Position numbers and translations under genes: made by a program. This document shows, piece after piece, positions 15,001 to 27,600 of a stretch of DNA of 64,000 bases (positions are counted from its first letter, which is position 1; each line of letters begins with the position of its first letter). Source of the stretch: Trichoplax adhaerens (Eukaryota; Animalia; Placozoa). The stretch is taken from positions 5,910,008-5,974,007 of the forward strand of contig NW_002060943.1 of assembly GCF_000150275.1 (NCBI RefSeq), written 5' to 3'. A model generated the notes under the pieces. The model searched no databases and was not told the origin of the DNA. It saw nothing but the letters and a program-made list of their open reading frames with translations.

Positions 15001-18000
15001 GAAATATTCAAATCATTCCAATTATCGAAAATGAAAATTGCAACCATTCATGTAATGAAAGAAAATTTCATTTTATACAAGTCTGACCTACCAAATTTAA
15101 AATTCAAATTAATTCCTTCATGTTCACAAATTTCCTATAAGAAATAACGTATGATAAGTACGTTTGCTTTATCGCTACAGTGAAGATCGCAATGACAAGA
15201 TTTATATCAAAGCTACTATCATAATGAAATGATGATCACTCATTATTCATGACCATATCATTCTGCTTGGATAACCTGACAAACAGATGAAACGATTTGG
15301 ACAACGTTTTCATACAGTAATTTTAGTTTTTCTTCTGCAAGATGTCGTTGCTGAGTTTGGATACGAATAAATTCATTCAATGATAGCGTTCTATCTGTAG
15401 TTACTACTACTAATACGATACCACTATCATCGCTGCTACGGCCATCAAGACTACTCGATGCAGCTTCGCACCATGAACGAATGGTTAAGGCAGCTCGCTG
15501 CAACGTATACTGGGTTAGAAATAAATCTTGCTTGATGTAAGATCTAAACAATCGATAAATATTAAATCAATGACCTATATTCTCCTATTATATCAACTCA
15601 ATATCCATCAAAATTTGAAGATTTTAACCGTATTCTTTGGCATTTTTCGTAACGAATTACTCTTTTCCATTGATAGACATATTTAAATAACCTATCAAAG
15701 AATATGAAAATAGAAATGGACAGTTGCATTTGTTAGTTAAAGCTCAAAATAAATCAATACTCGAGTGAAATAAACTAATTAGCCGCCACAGCGTCGTAAT
15801 ACGTAAATGTAGAAACTAAAAACTCGAAAATAATATGTTCAGCATAACGTCAAATTCCCCTCCATTGCAAGCAAGGATTTTTTATTAGCCTTCCGTTCGT
15901 AATCGACTAATAAAATACCACAATTTTTTATTGCTTATTGGCTTTCCAATATTTTAGAATTCGGAGTATAAAATTGAGGCAGCGCCACATACTGTATGAC
16001 TTAACTAGATATGCACAAGGTATGCTGTACACCGTACAGTGTACACCTGCATGGTATAGAACAAGCAGTCAGAGAACTTTGAAAACATAATCTCCATCGG
16101 AATTAACAAGCAGCTACTAATTTACAATTTTTTTCATAACTAATCATACCAAGAAATAATTAATTAAATATGAGACTTCAATTCATGCGTTTGTCAGAAG
16201 TGATGTGACGATGTTTTGCCAAAGCAGTTGTTAGTAAGATATCCAAATGCCATTATAGTAGGAAAAGAATGCAATTTATTAAGTTTATCACTGCGTTAGA
16301 TATCACTGCGAAGGCGACTTAAACCAAATGTATTAAATATCGTCATTTAACTACAAATTCTGCTAATGACTTAATTTTAGAACAAGTTTGAAGATCAATC
16401 CAGTTGCCATCAATGGCTTCAATTGTAACTTTGTACTGTTTACAAATTATGTATTCAAGGATTAGTAGAATATCAATGTTATAATTGGCGAAAGCATATC
16501 CTAACTGTTATATTAAATCCCCACTCAGTAATCTTTTGAATGGAATTATAGTATTCCAGCGAAACAAAAACAGTGCCAACTGCTTCTTTCTAGCTGAGAT
16601 ACGGTCAAAACTATCCATCAATGGCAGTAGGGTAGCAAATTAGTAACGCCTTCCTATAGGCTATTAATAACTTACTAATTCCATGCTATAGCTCAAAATT
16701 TTGCTACGACATCGATTAATATTTATATAGTATGATAAGTAAACATATACAGTACTTGTAAATTGTAATAATCGCATCTCTACATTATTACAATATTACC
16801 TGAATTTAGTAAAGAAAGGAATTCGACAAATTTGATGAAATAAGTCTCTTTCATGCATCCATAACAGTGTAGGCAAGCATTCTACTTCTTCGCCAGATTT
16901 AATCTAAAAATTTTTATAATCAAAATTGTATTCTTACACGCTATTATAGGCTGGTCATATATTAGCTGTAATACAACCAAACTCGCAAAATGACTGTCCA
17001 TTAAGAAAATTAAAAAATAATTATAACTAAAACAAGCAATGAACTCATCAAAATGATTCATTTCTAAACACTTTTCATAAACTTACCAGAGTTATATTAC
17101 TTGCACTAGCGGTATAATAGCTAGCACATTTTAACACTGAACTAGCGTTAACAATTTTCAAATCATACGGATTACAAGCTTCTCCTGAACGGGGTAAAGC
17201 ATAGACAAATTGTCCACCATCTTTCCTTCGAAATAGAAATTTTAGGTCTTCATTCTTTTTATTATCCATTTCTAGGACGGTATGTTTAGATTTGCTAAGT
17301 TGCAGCTGTCTTCGAAATTGCTGTATATCGGAACTCAAGCCGATTTGATTACGCTCCCAAACCAGATACTCGTAAACATCATCTGTTTTGGGCCTTTTTA
17401 ACAAATTATCCTCTTGATTTTCTACCGAGATATAAAACGAAATATTATTTTAGCGATATAATGAGCTAAGCATCTCCTTCCATCAAACCAGACTGACGGT
17501 ATAGTTATTCAACATATTATTCATTACATCAAGGTTGAGCACGTTAACATTAGCCTTTCGTTATTAGTATTGATTTCCCACAAATAATGATGATATACGA
17601 AATATCATCCATGAGAGGCAAATTTACTAATGTGACAATCGACTTAGGTAGACATAATCATGTAAAGTCATTGAAAGACAACCTAAAGTTTACTCATTTT
17701 CTTATTATTAATGCAATCAGAACCACAGAAGTTTCTCCTTCAGTAATATTACCTTGTTGGAAAGACTTAATTCGCCTCTGATCATTTTTCTTAATAGGTT
17801 TGATTGGTTCACAATCTTGCGATTTTCCATCAATACCCACTTCGCTCTCTTTACTGCTAAGTATTTCTTCTTGCTGAGTTTTTGTCGCGTTTTGCTAATT
17901 ACATAATAATAATAAACGTAATCTAATATTATTACATGTAAGCGGCAAAGTAACACTTTTGCTCCAATTTCCACTTATGAAGTCTCTATTCTGTTAATTA

Positions 18001-19414
18001 ATCTAATATTATCAGTTTAAACAACCAATTATCACTATCTCATAGATATCGAAATGCTGACTCAAGCTAATGAGAGATAGAGAAGACCTGGAACCACGCG
18101 AAAAATAATAACAAAAAGATAATAAAAGGAAATAAAAAATGAAACACTAAAAATCGAATATATACGCCGCGCGAGCGCAAAGAAATATATATATCGTGGT
18201 CTTCTCTATCTAATGAGATGCCACATTGGCACAATTAAGACTATATAATATAAGAGTATATGATACCATTTATATTAACGCTATAACAATATTTCTATCA
18301 AGAAACTAGTTTCCACTAGTAGAACTGTTAACGGACCGCGACGTAAAACATACCAAAAAAAGATAAATGATCAAATAAAATTAGTCAGTTATGAAACTTT
18401 AGTATCTATGTGCCTAGAATACAAATGATAAAGTAATTAGTGATTTGAGTATCTTTAATTCTACGGCCAGGATCAAAAGTCATGAATTATATGCATGAAG
18501 CATAAACAGATGATCTGATACACTGATTAATCTCAAACTACATTTTCTAACTTCTATAATAGCCTTTCTGCAACAGAAAATAAAGATGGATTTCTAACAA
18601 AAAATAATAGCATCTGTATTTTAAATACGGTATCCGCTATAACGTCATGTCTAGAATTTGAAGAGCACAGCAGTACAATATACGAATGATCGGATTAATA
18701 CCAAGTAGTCTATTTGACAAAAATTGCACCGTTTCACTGACTAGCAAAATGCGCTTAGGAAATGATCAATTGAAAGCCAAATTTAATTTATCTATTTCAT
18801 CGATAAATCTCATTGCTAACGAATATTGCGTTCAATTATTTGATACAGTAGAAGCTGTAGTACGGATCATAATTGATGATTTCAAGTCTCAATAACCACC
18901 AAGTTATGATCATGGACTAAGATAGCACGATGTAACTGCAAATAACAGGACTATCGCTATTTGCTGTTTTTATCAATGATATTTAAAGTACGACTTTACC
19001 TTAATTTTAGATTCATCATCGTTGCGATTTCGTAGATTTCTAATCCTTTCCTTATCTTTTTTCAATAACGTAGTTCGATAAACACTTGAATTATTCTCAG
19101 CTTTCTTAATAACATCAGGTAGTACTTGTCGCGTAATACCCTAATGAAAGTACAGATCATAATTTCAATCTTTAATATTGTTAATTATATAATGGGCTTC
19201 AATATCAGCTACTATATTTCTAGTAGTCAAATTATGATTCAAAAATTAGCTCATTACAACATTTCCATGGAGAATACTTGTAATATTTTATAATTTCAAG
19301 ATGATTTACCTGAACTTCTAATTGTTGCTTGGGTAAGGTAGCTAAATTCTTCTCTAATGGACTACTACTTTTATTTCTATCTACTAAGGCAGGTAAAATT
19401 CGCTTTCCATCCAT
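21..19414 (-). CDS. DNAH14: Axonemal dynein heavy chain, DNAH14-like (DNAH6/14 group); multi-exon, 3'-truncated at the window start just before the AAA4 P-loop
   Basis: Exons spell the AAA1 motifs [21 protein letters not shown] and [10 protein letters not shown] (7541-7759 ORF), [26 protein letters not shown] and HYDFGLRA; the AAA2 P-loop GPTGGGKS and [35 protein letters not shown]; the AAA3 P-loop GESGIGKS and FVDDINLP. The N-terminal [15 protein letters not shown], the [18 protein letters not shown] segment and long AAA2/AAA3 insertions match DNAH14 as I recall it. Putative ATG at 19414. The GT-AG junctions I checked keep frame. Confidence 0.85.
80..725. repeat. Intronic tandem repeat, about 80-bp unit, about 8 diverged copies, derived from a dynein intron/exon junction
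   Basis: Recurring TACACTCGTTAAAA..TTTGATTTTCC..AAGAGAAAAGTTTAGC. The GATTTT anchor recurs near 104, 186, 268, 350, 427, 508, 599 and 682. The first copy overlaps the real exon 21-110. Confidence 0.9.
1154..1219. repeat. Short tandem duplication (about 32 bp x2) in a dynein intron
   Basis: ATCAAACGATGATGCAATTGT(T/A)ATGGTAAAA occurs twice, adjacent. Confidence 0.85.
4365..4682. repeat. Tandem duplication of a short dynein intron plus the exon start (about 75-85 bp unit, 3-4 copies)
   Basis: CATTCCATCACCTAAT at 4368 (real acceptor) and 4529, with a degenerate copy at 4456. AAAATCGTT recurs near 4440, 4513, 4599 and 4663. Confidence 0.8.
18076..18210. mobile_element. 135-bp non-autonomous DNA transposon (MITE) with 13-bp TIRs and an 8-bp TSD, inside a dynein intron
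   Basis: TIRs GATAGAGAAGACC (18076-18088) and GGTCTTCTCTATC (18198-18210). Flanking direct repeat TAATGAGA at 18068-18075 and 18211-18218. A-rich interior with a GC-rich GCCGCGCGAGCGC patch. Confidence 0.85.
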
Positions 19415-20161
19415 GGTTGTATTTCAAGACATTAGTATCTTAGCAATGACTATCTCATAAGTAATTCTATCACCATTAAGTATATTTTGTCTTTAAATCT
19501 GCTTAAGCTTTTGCAATTATCAATTAAAAGCTCTTAATATTGCAAGAATAACGCCACATTTTAGATTAGATGTCCAATGGTAGCACGAATCTTTTGTCGA
19601 TGATATCAAGATATGCAACTAGTTATGTATATTGATCTTAAGTTAGATAATTTTGTTTAATTGGGTAATAGGATTTGTAAGACTGTAACTCAGCAGGTAA
19701 GTTATCTTTACCGTATGTATGAATTATTGCATCTTTTGAGCGAAAGGCCTATAAACACTACAGGCGATATGTATATTTGTATTAATTATGGACCAACAGC
19801 ACTCCCATCACTAATATGTGCATACTATAGTTAAAGCTAGCCCTCTTCTCTTACTGACCCTAACCCTACATTGAAATAAGATGTCAAGTCAAATTCAATT
19901 TCCTATAGGTGTATAACCATCACACGGATAGCGGTAGTATCTTATTGGGGACAGCAATCATATCAATACTACATTCATTATCGCCAAGTGTGAACCAGTA
20001 CTCAATCACTTTTATCCAATCCACCATTTACGTATGAGTTAGCTAATAGGACTATAAATTATAATGATCAATATCATTACAAATAACGCAGTGGCTGCAC
20101 CTCCATATGATTGTCCGGCTCAAAAAAATTATAAGACCGTTAGCAACTTTTATCAACTTAA

Positions 20162-20175
20162 GTTTCTATGGTAAC
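20162..20175. promoter_or_regulatory. RFX X-box upstream of the dynein heavy chain
   Basis: GTTTCTATGGTAAC fits the X-box consensus GTYNCYATRGNAAC, about 750 bp upstream of the dynein ATG. An extra half-site, GTTAGCAAC, lies near 20139. Confidence 0.75.
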
Positions 20176-21625
20176 GCGCACGCGTAATTGTTATTTAAAG
20201 ATTCGATCTAACGAGCTAATCAGATTAAGGGGACCATATTCGAGTTAGCTAGAATAAAATTAATTCCACATATGCCACAAATTTCATAAATGAAATCACT
20301 ATACTCTTATCAGTGTAGGCAAGATATCTTCAAATACAGGCTCAATCACTGTATGCATTAATGTGCTGCAGGTACTACAGATTTATCATTAATAGATCTA
20401 GGATGATAGTGCAGAAACTTGGTGTTTCAGATGAATAAGTAATATAAGCATATGATAAAGCAATTTCAATGTAAAATAGATCTAGACAAGCAAATAATTT
20501 ATTGGTGGCGGTAAATATCGTTCATATTATCGTACCAAATATGTCCAATTAATCTGTCTATTAATATCGAGGTCTTACAATAACGTACTGTATAAGAGTA
20601 CGTTACAAGTTTTACCTAGACTAAACACAGGTATCAATATGGTCGTTAATTTGCTCATTATTCGACACTTTTAAACAAATTGCTCATAAAGCCCCATTAT
20701 ATACGATGTCATCATTGAAGTAATCTCTAAGGCCAAATTCAGGAAATCAGTGTACTGTACAGCATTAAATTAATATCCACTGCGGAAAGATTCCAGTATA
20801 AATTGATGATTTATTCAAATACCAAAGTTTCTGTACAGTACAGTATACAAAGATGGTATATAGAAATTAAATAAGCAGTGTGAACTTTACAGAATGGCCG
20901 CAATTTGCATGAGAAGTAATGATGAAATAGCTTCTATAGACCATAAGTTATTATTTATGGTTATAACATTCCAGTTTTTTATTTGCTTCTGATTCGTTAC
21001 TTATTTAATATGTATAGTAGTATAATCAGTTCCCTTTCATTTCACAGTATTCTGGCAGCAATTAAAATTTGATATATTTTTAACTAACTTTTCTCGATAT
21101 AAAATAACAAAAATAGCGTAATGACAATGAGTAAAATCGCTGATTATCAGATAATTCTTAGATGTTATTAGAAGGAAAAAGATCATCATTCTAATATTCC
21201 TAATGTTGCACCAAACAAAGTACCGTAATAAATCTTATATAACATGTTACAGTATAAAATATTTAAATCCAACATTATAATATTGCTGGATATTTTGAAA
21301 ATTTAGTTTATCAACTACTAGTGTGTAGATAAAATTATTTATTTACGAAGCTAAGTCTCATATTATCTCTATCTCTAATTAAATTAACTAACCCATCCTA
21401 TAAGGAATAGGAATCGAATATTACGTTAGAATAATACTTGTCGCGGCTTATTCAGTATATTTTATAGATAGTTGTAAACATATTTAAGACTAATCATAAT
21501 AAATGTGATAAATCCAAATAACTTCGGTTCTGCTAAATAAAAGTATCATCATCGATAAATGTGACGATAGAATAAATATTTGACCAGTTCAAGAAGCTGC
21601 ACATCTATATACATGTAGTTCCGCC

Positions 21626-24600
21626 ATGGCGGTTTTTAAAAGTTCAAAATCTAATACAGTAGTAAGCAAAACCAAATACATAAATAAAGAAGTACAAACA
21701 AAAAATCAAATTCGTATTGAAGACCCAAATGCATTCACATTTATTTCTTTTACCCTAAATCGACTTTTACTATTCACAATTAGTTGTTTAATAGCTGTAT
21801 GGATCATTGGAATATATCGTTTTTCGTCTGTTTATGTTATTGGAATTATCGCTATATTAGTTCATACTTGGAAAGAAGACAGAAGCAATGCACTGAAATA
21901 TTATGCAATGAACTTAGAAAATAAAATATTAAGGAAAAAAGCACTATCATCGGCTGAATCTGCAGAGTGGTTAAATATCTTCTTCAATCGATGGTAAGTA
22001 GCTACTCTACTCTTTAATATTTAGTTCTAAAGAACAAATACCAGAAATAATCGAGAGTTATTTTTTTCTAACTGGAATTACCATCAGTACCATAAGTAGA
22101 AAATTAGAGCCAGTATACATTGCAGTATTCCGTATAAGTTATGATAGAAGTTCTCACTTCCAAATCATCATTAATGATTTTTATATTAACAAGAAAAATA
22201 AGACCAACTAGTATACCAGTAAGTGAAAGAATTTTCTTCGATAAAAGTCCTGCAACTAACCTCAGCCTTGACTTTTAGCATGGGCGGTATATTACATACT
22301 TATTAGTCCGATATTATACACAGAAAATCTGTATCAAGTTTACTCAATCAGATCCCGATATTATTACTGCACGAAGTAGTATAGATTCGATAAAAAAAGC
22401 AGATACTGATACGTAAAAGATGCTTATAGTAATCGATTCCGTGAATCTCTGATTCAGTAGCTTGATTAAACAATCTGCAGATTAAGAAATCACAAATCAT
22501 TTCCAACTCTATCCAACTTTACAAAGAATTTTGATCGCATTGTAAAGGTAATTGCTGTCCAACTTGTAACCTTTATCACCGATTTCCGACCTTAATTAAG
22601 CCTATCAGCATCTTTTACCGGATGCAAAGTCTAGAGGTATTGATAACGTGACATACGGAATAGGAAGACACAGTCGTACTTTTTACTTTGAATCTTAACT
22701 ATAATAAAGCTGTTAACTTCGCAGCTAAAGTCATATGTGCGTACTGATACTTTTATTTAGTAAAAATAAATTAAAAGCTGAATGTGTCTAAAATTAAATA
22801 ACTGAAAGCCAAACTTGAGGATTAAAAGTGTTAACTAGAGCACAGAGTAGTGTATGAACTATCAAAGTGAGATCTACACAAGCCGCGATGCAAGTTCATC
22901 TTACTCGCTGATTAAAGCACAGCAAAGTAAAATGTAAAGTGTAGGTTTGAAAATACAAGATTGTTTACTATCATGTGTAATACTCTGTAAAAATTTCTAA
23001 ATACAAGGAATTTATATTATTAGATAATGATATTTCGCTGTTAGGTTATCGTGAAAAGTAATATTAGCTTATAGATTAGGCTTTAAGTAAAATAGTAAAA
23101 CATTCTAAATGTCACAAATTTATATTACCAGCTAATGATACTCCGCTGTCTAGTTATATAGCAAGTCAATCATGAAAGCAATACTAGCTTACAAATTAAG
23201 CGTTAACTAGAACACAGTAAAATATTCTAGATTCCTAGAATTCATATTATTAGCTAATGATAATCTGTTGTTAGGTTATATAACAAGACAATCGTAAAAG
23301 TAATAAATTTTCGGAATTAAAACTGATTGCTTTAATTAAAGCTACTTAAAAACTGAAATAGTCGTTATATCATGCGCCTATGGCCAATGATATGTAAAAT
23401 CAATGAACATAATTAAAAGATCGCATCCAGCACGGTAATTATTTAAGGCTCACATAATATCATGAAAAATATTTGCTTAACACGAAATTGAAAGATGCAT
23501 TAATGTGATCGTCCTAACTAATACTTATAACTTAGATACATACATAGCTATATCCTCATATTTTCACAACATCTACTGTAAAAACTTAGTTACGAAGCGT
23601 CTACATCAACAATTAAAATCAGTAACACTGAGAAAATGCCTACTTGTAAAATGATACTCATAGATTCTGGTGTTAATTTGCGCAAATGATCACCGTCTTT
23701 AAACAGCTGTGTGCGTATCAAAATCATTTTTATCATATCTATTTAAGTTTATCTATCGTATTTGGAAACTGCATTTTTATATTACTTCTTATAATACTGT
23801 GACTAAGTTTTAATCACCAAAAAATAATCACCTCAAGAACTTTCAGCATATTGTATCTCAAAATTAATGTTAAATGTTCAAGCTAATAATTGTTACTTGT
23901 TTTTCACACTTCTTGCACTTAAATACCTGCTAGGTGGGTTTCTAATGCTAACTCAATATTTTCCCTACTTAAACAAACTATTGACCCTTTAATTGCCGAA
24001 TCAAAGCCTCATGTAATTGGTAGGTCTTGGTTTTTAACAGTATTGGTTCATTGTATCTTTGTTCAATGAAGGTGTAATCAAGATTTACTAGCTCAAAAAA
24101 TTCTTTTAACTTGTTAGGAATACTTTCTTCACATTATATACCTTAAATAAATCCTATGTCCAATTGTTTTTATATATATATTACCATTAAAATTTGTATA
24201 GCTTCTTAAGGATGCTGAGCCTGAAATTTATTTAAATGTATTTGACATTAGAACTCTTTCTTCTTAGGGTATCGTAAGCGTCTTTCGGCACCTACGTAAT
24301 ATTAATCTAACGGTACTACATTCATTTTGCAGACATTATTGAAATTTCCGAATTTACTCTCGGTGACAACATGCCTCATTTAAGAAATCTTCGGGTCTAC
24401 GACTACGACCAGAATATCAAATGCAGTGCATCTTGTGATCATATATCAGATGCGGCTTCACAACAGCAATATCATGCCAAGACTACATCTGTAATACTAG
24501 AAGCCGATCTTCATTATTGTTCCCAAGATTCTTGTTTTGCACTAACAGCAAAATTCATCAAGAAAAAGTTAGTTAGAGATTTAAATTAGTTTTACTTTAA

Positions 24601-27600
24601 GTAAATTAGTATAAAATGGCAAGCCAGAAATAAAAATTCGATCTACACAAACAAAATGTATCTTCTAATCGTCTTGTCAGATTCTAACAGTATGGTGGTA
24701 TTTTTTAATATCCTAACCTAAATAAAGAATACACACTATTTAAAATCTAATTTACTGCACTAATGAGACCTTTATTTCTGAACAATTTCATAACCAATGC
24801 ATTTGATCTTATCAGAGTATCAACGCAATTCCTGGTAGAAAACTTTATCTTTACTGGCCGGTTGCAAATAATCATTGAACTGGATCCTCGAGTATCTTTT
24901 CCCCATTTTTACAAGTTAAAGTTTTACTTTACTCAAAAGTAATTAAGACAAATATGTATAAACGGAAACTGCATAAATCTTACTTAATAGTTTAAACAAT
25001 GGCTATATTTTATAAATTGATAGAATGGGTATAAATTTTGACGATGTCCTTAAATTCTTTCTAATCTTGCATTACATACAATTTAACTACTAGACCACAG
25101 ATTTCCTTCTCTATTCGAACATTTGGAGCTATTCAGCTAATGGAGCTACCACTTGTTAAAAGCTGGATCCAAAATATGATCGAAAATGCAGTAATGGAAA
25201 GTCCGGAAATAGCTACGATAATTTTGAAATTTCTTATTATCTAATTAAATTCCGCGTCTGACTTTACTTAAACATCCTTGTAATTCCATTGAAGAAATGG
25301 TAGATCCAGAATATATAGAAGCAAAGCTAGGTGATATTGATCCTTCCTCAGAAACATCAATTAAAAAGCCATTGAAGCTAGGTAATAAGAGTAGTAATGT
25401 TGAAGTTTTTACGGATTAATTCTGCAGTTATTGATTAGCAGTTGCATTGCGTCTATGTATGTATTAGTTGATATCTTTTCAAACTTGAAGAGTAAATGCT
25501 AAAATGCAAGAATTTGGGGAGTAATTACTGAGACTGATATGAGGTCATGAGGATAATACACACCATTTTTCATTTTCTATAAATAATTAGCTAAAGGCAT
25601 CTTGGCTGTCCAATTGTCCAGAATAAAACTAGATTCAGAAACAGGTTTAAAGATAATAATAAATTTACATAAATTTTCATTACACAACTCAATACAATCA
25701 AGATAAAGTTAGATCCAATTCTATAATTAATAGTGATATACATATATCTATATACGAATATACAATAGATAAAAATGAAATGAAATATAGATAATATCGT
25801 ATTCTCTCATGACACTTGAGATTACAACTTCTATACTTACAAAATAGCTACAAACTACGAGGATGGAACCAAGTGGTGTGTTTTGCGGATTGATGACCAA
25901 AGATATGTTTCAAATGAAATAAATCAGGATTATCAAGAAGAAACTTTTCCTTTTATGATCTTTGACTTAAAGAAAAAGGTTAGTCATAATAATAATAATA
26001 GCTAAACTTTCACAATTCTATACATCGGGTAAATTTCTGTAGCTATACTTAATTTTTCATAATGAATCTATCAGTGCAATATCAATATTGACAGATTATT
26101 GATCTTACATATCGGATTCATCGTGGCCACTTTCTTTATTTTCACGCGATACCCATAAATAATAAATTGCTTCTATGTTCACTACGAATATTCTGTGGAG
26201 AACGGGCTACACTTGTGCTTTATCGTAGAATATGCTAAAATAGCCTAGATTGATCTCACTTCTTCATTGAACGAAAATTTTTAAGTTAGCTCTAAATCAA
26301 ATAAAGATTATATAAACTGATGCCGTTTATTTTAAACGATTAATATCTAGCTTTCGGTCAAAATTAAGAGTAAAAGAATGAAAATAACTACTTTAATCAC
26401 AACAGAACAATTATCTCTATCTATGTTTAATTATGAAAGTGGAAATAAAGAGTAAGTTCATTTTTCAATTTTATATTTTTGGCTGTCTCCTTAGTAGTTT
26501 AATCCGTTCCACAAAACTGCACCTTTTTAACTTGATAATCTATAGGATCATTGAACTACAAAGAATAAATTCACGTAATCCAGCTCTATCGATGACCTTA
26601 CATTGGCAGCCTTTGCCTACAATCAAATTACTATTAAGCGAATCAGAGTTAATTCAACATTTGAATTATCAAGATGGCGGTATACCCTATAATTTTGTAG
26701 CAAAATAGTTAAAATCGGTTAAATTCTCAAGAAAAATCCTTAATCAAAAATTATCTATCCGTTAGAATCTGGTGTCTTATATATATGTGTTCATCGTGGT
26801 CAAAACTTAATGTCAATGGACTCAGATGGATATAGCGATCCATATTGTACAGTTTTTATGAAAAATCGAAAGGTTTTCTATGTGACATATACATATTTAT
26901 GTGATAGAATAAAGTGTAGCCTACAGATTAAAATTATTTTACTACTGTAATGCAGCTTTACACATTACACTTTAAAATTATAAACCGCAATAATTGTTGC
27001 AATCGTGTAAAAACAATCAAAATATATTGGTTTTCGTACCCATCTAATAACTTGAATATTGACTATTAAGAATATATATATATGCGTACATACAAGCTGC
27101 ATAATGAATATATCTATACAATATTTGTAACTACAGTCAATGAAGCAAGCAAAGTTACCTATTAGAATCTCTTTTCTTGAAGTTAGCTAATGATCTTCTA
27201 GTCAAACCACTATACCGATACTGAATAATTTCCATATCGTTATTTATTAGATCGGAAATACCTCAACAGTACACGATACATTAAATCCTGAATGGGAATA
27301 CAGCCTTGAAGTACTCGTTCAAGATTACTCAGAGGTAACCAAATTTTAAATTAATAACTATAAATATCTATCTTGTAACTACTATAGGATTTTTTAAGGA
27401 TTTCCTATACTTGTAACATTATTTATGCTCTTAGCACAGTATTTCTCTGATATGAGGCTATAAGTGTTATCAAGTGATATCTATAAGGTTTTCTAAACTG
27501 AAAATATTCCAATTTACAGACTAAAATTCAATTTAAAGTTCATGATTTCGATGGGTTACTTAGTTCAGACGACTTTTTGGGGTCATGCGAACTACAATGT

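Noticed and set aside
19858-19868. CCCTAACCCTA telomere-like sequence
   Set aside because: Fewer than two full units, which is expected by chance.
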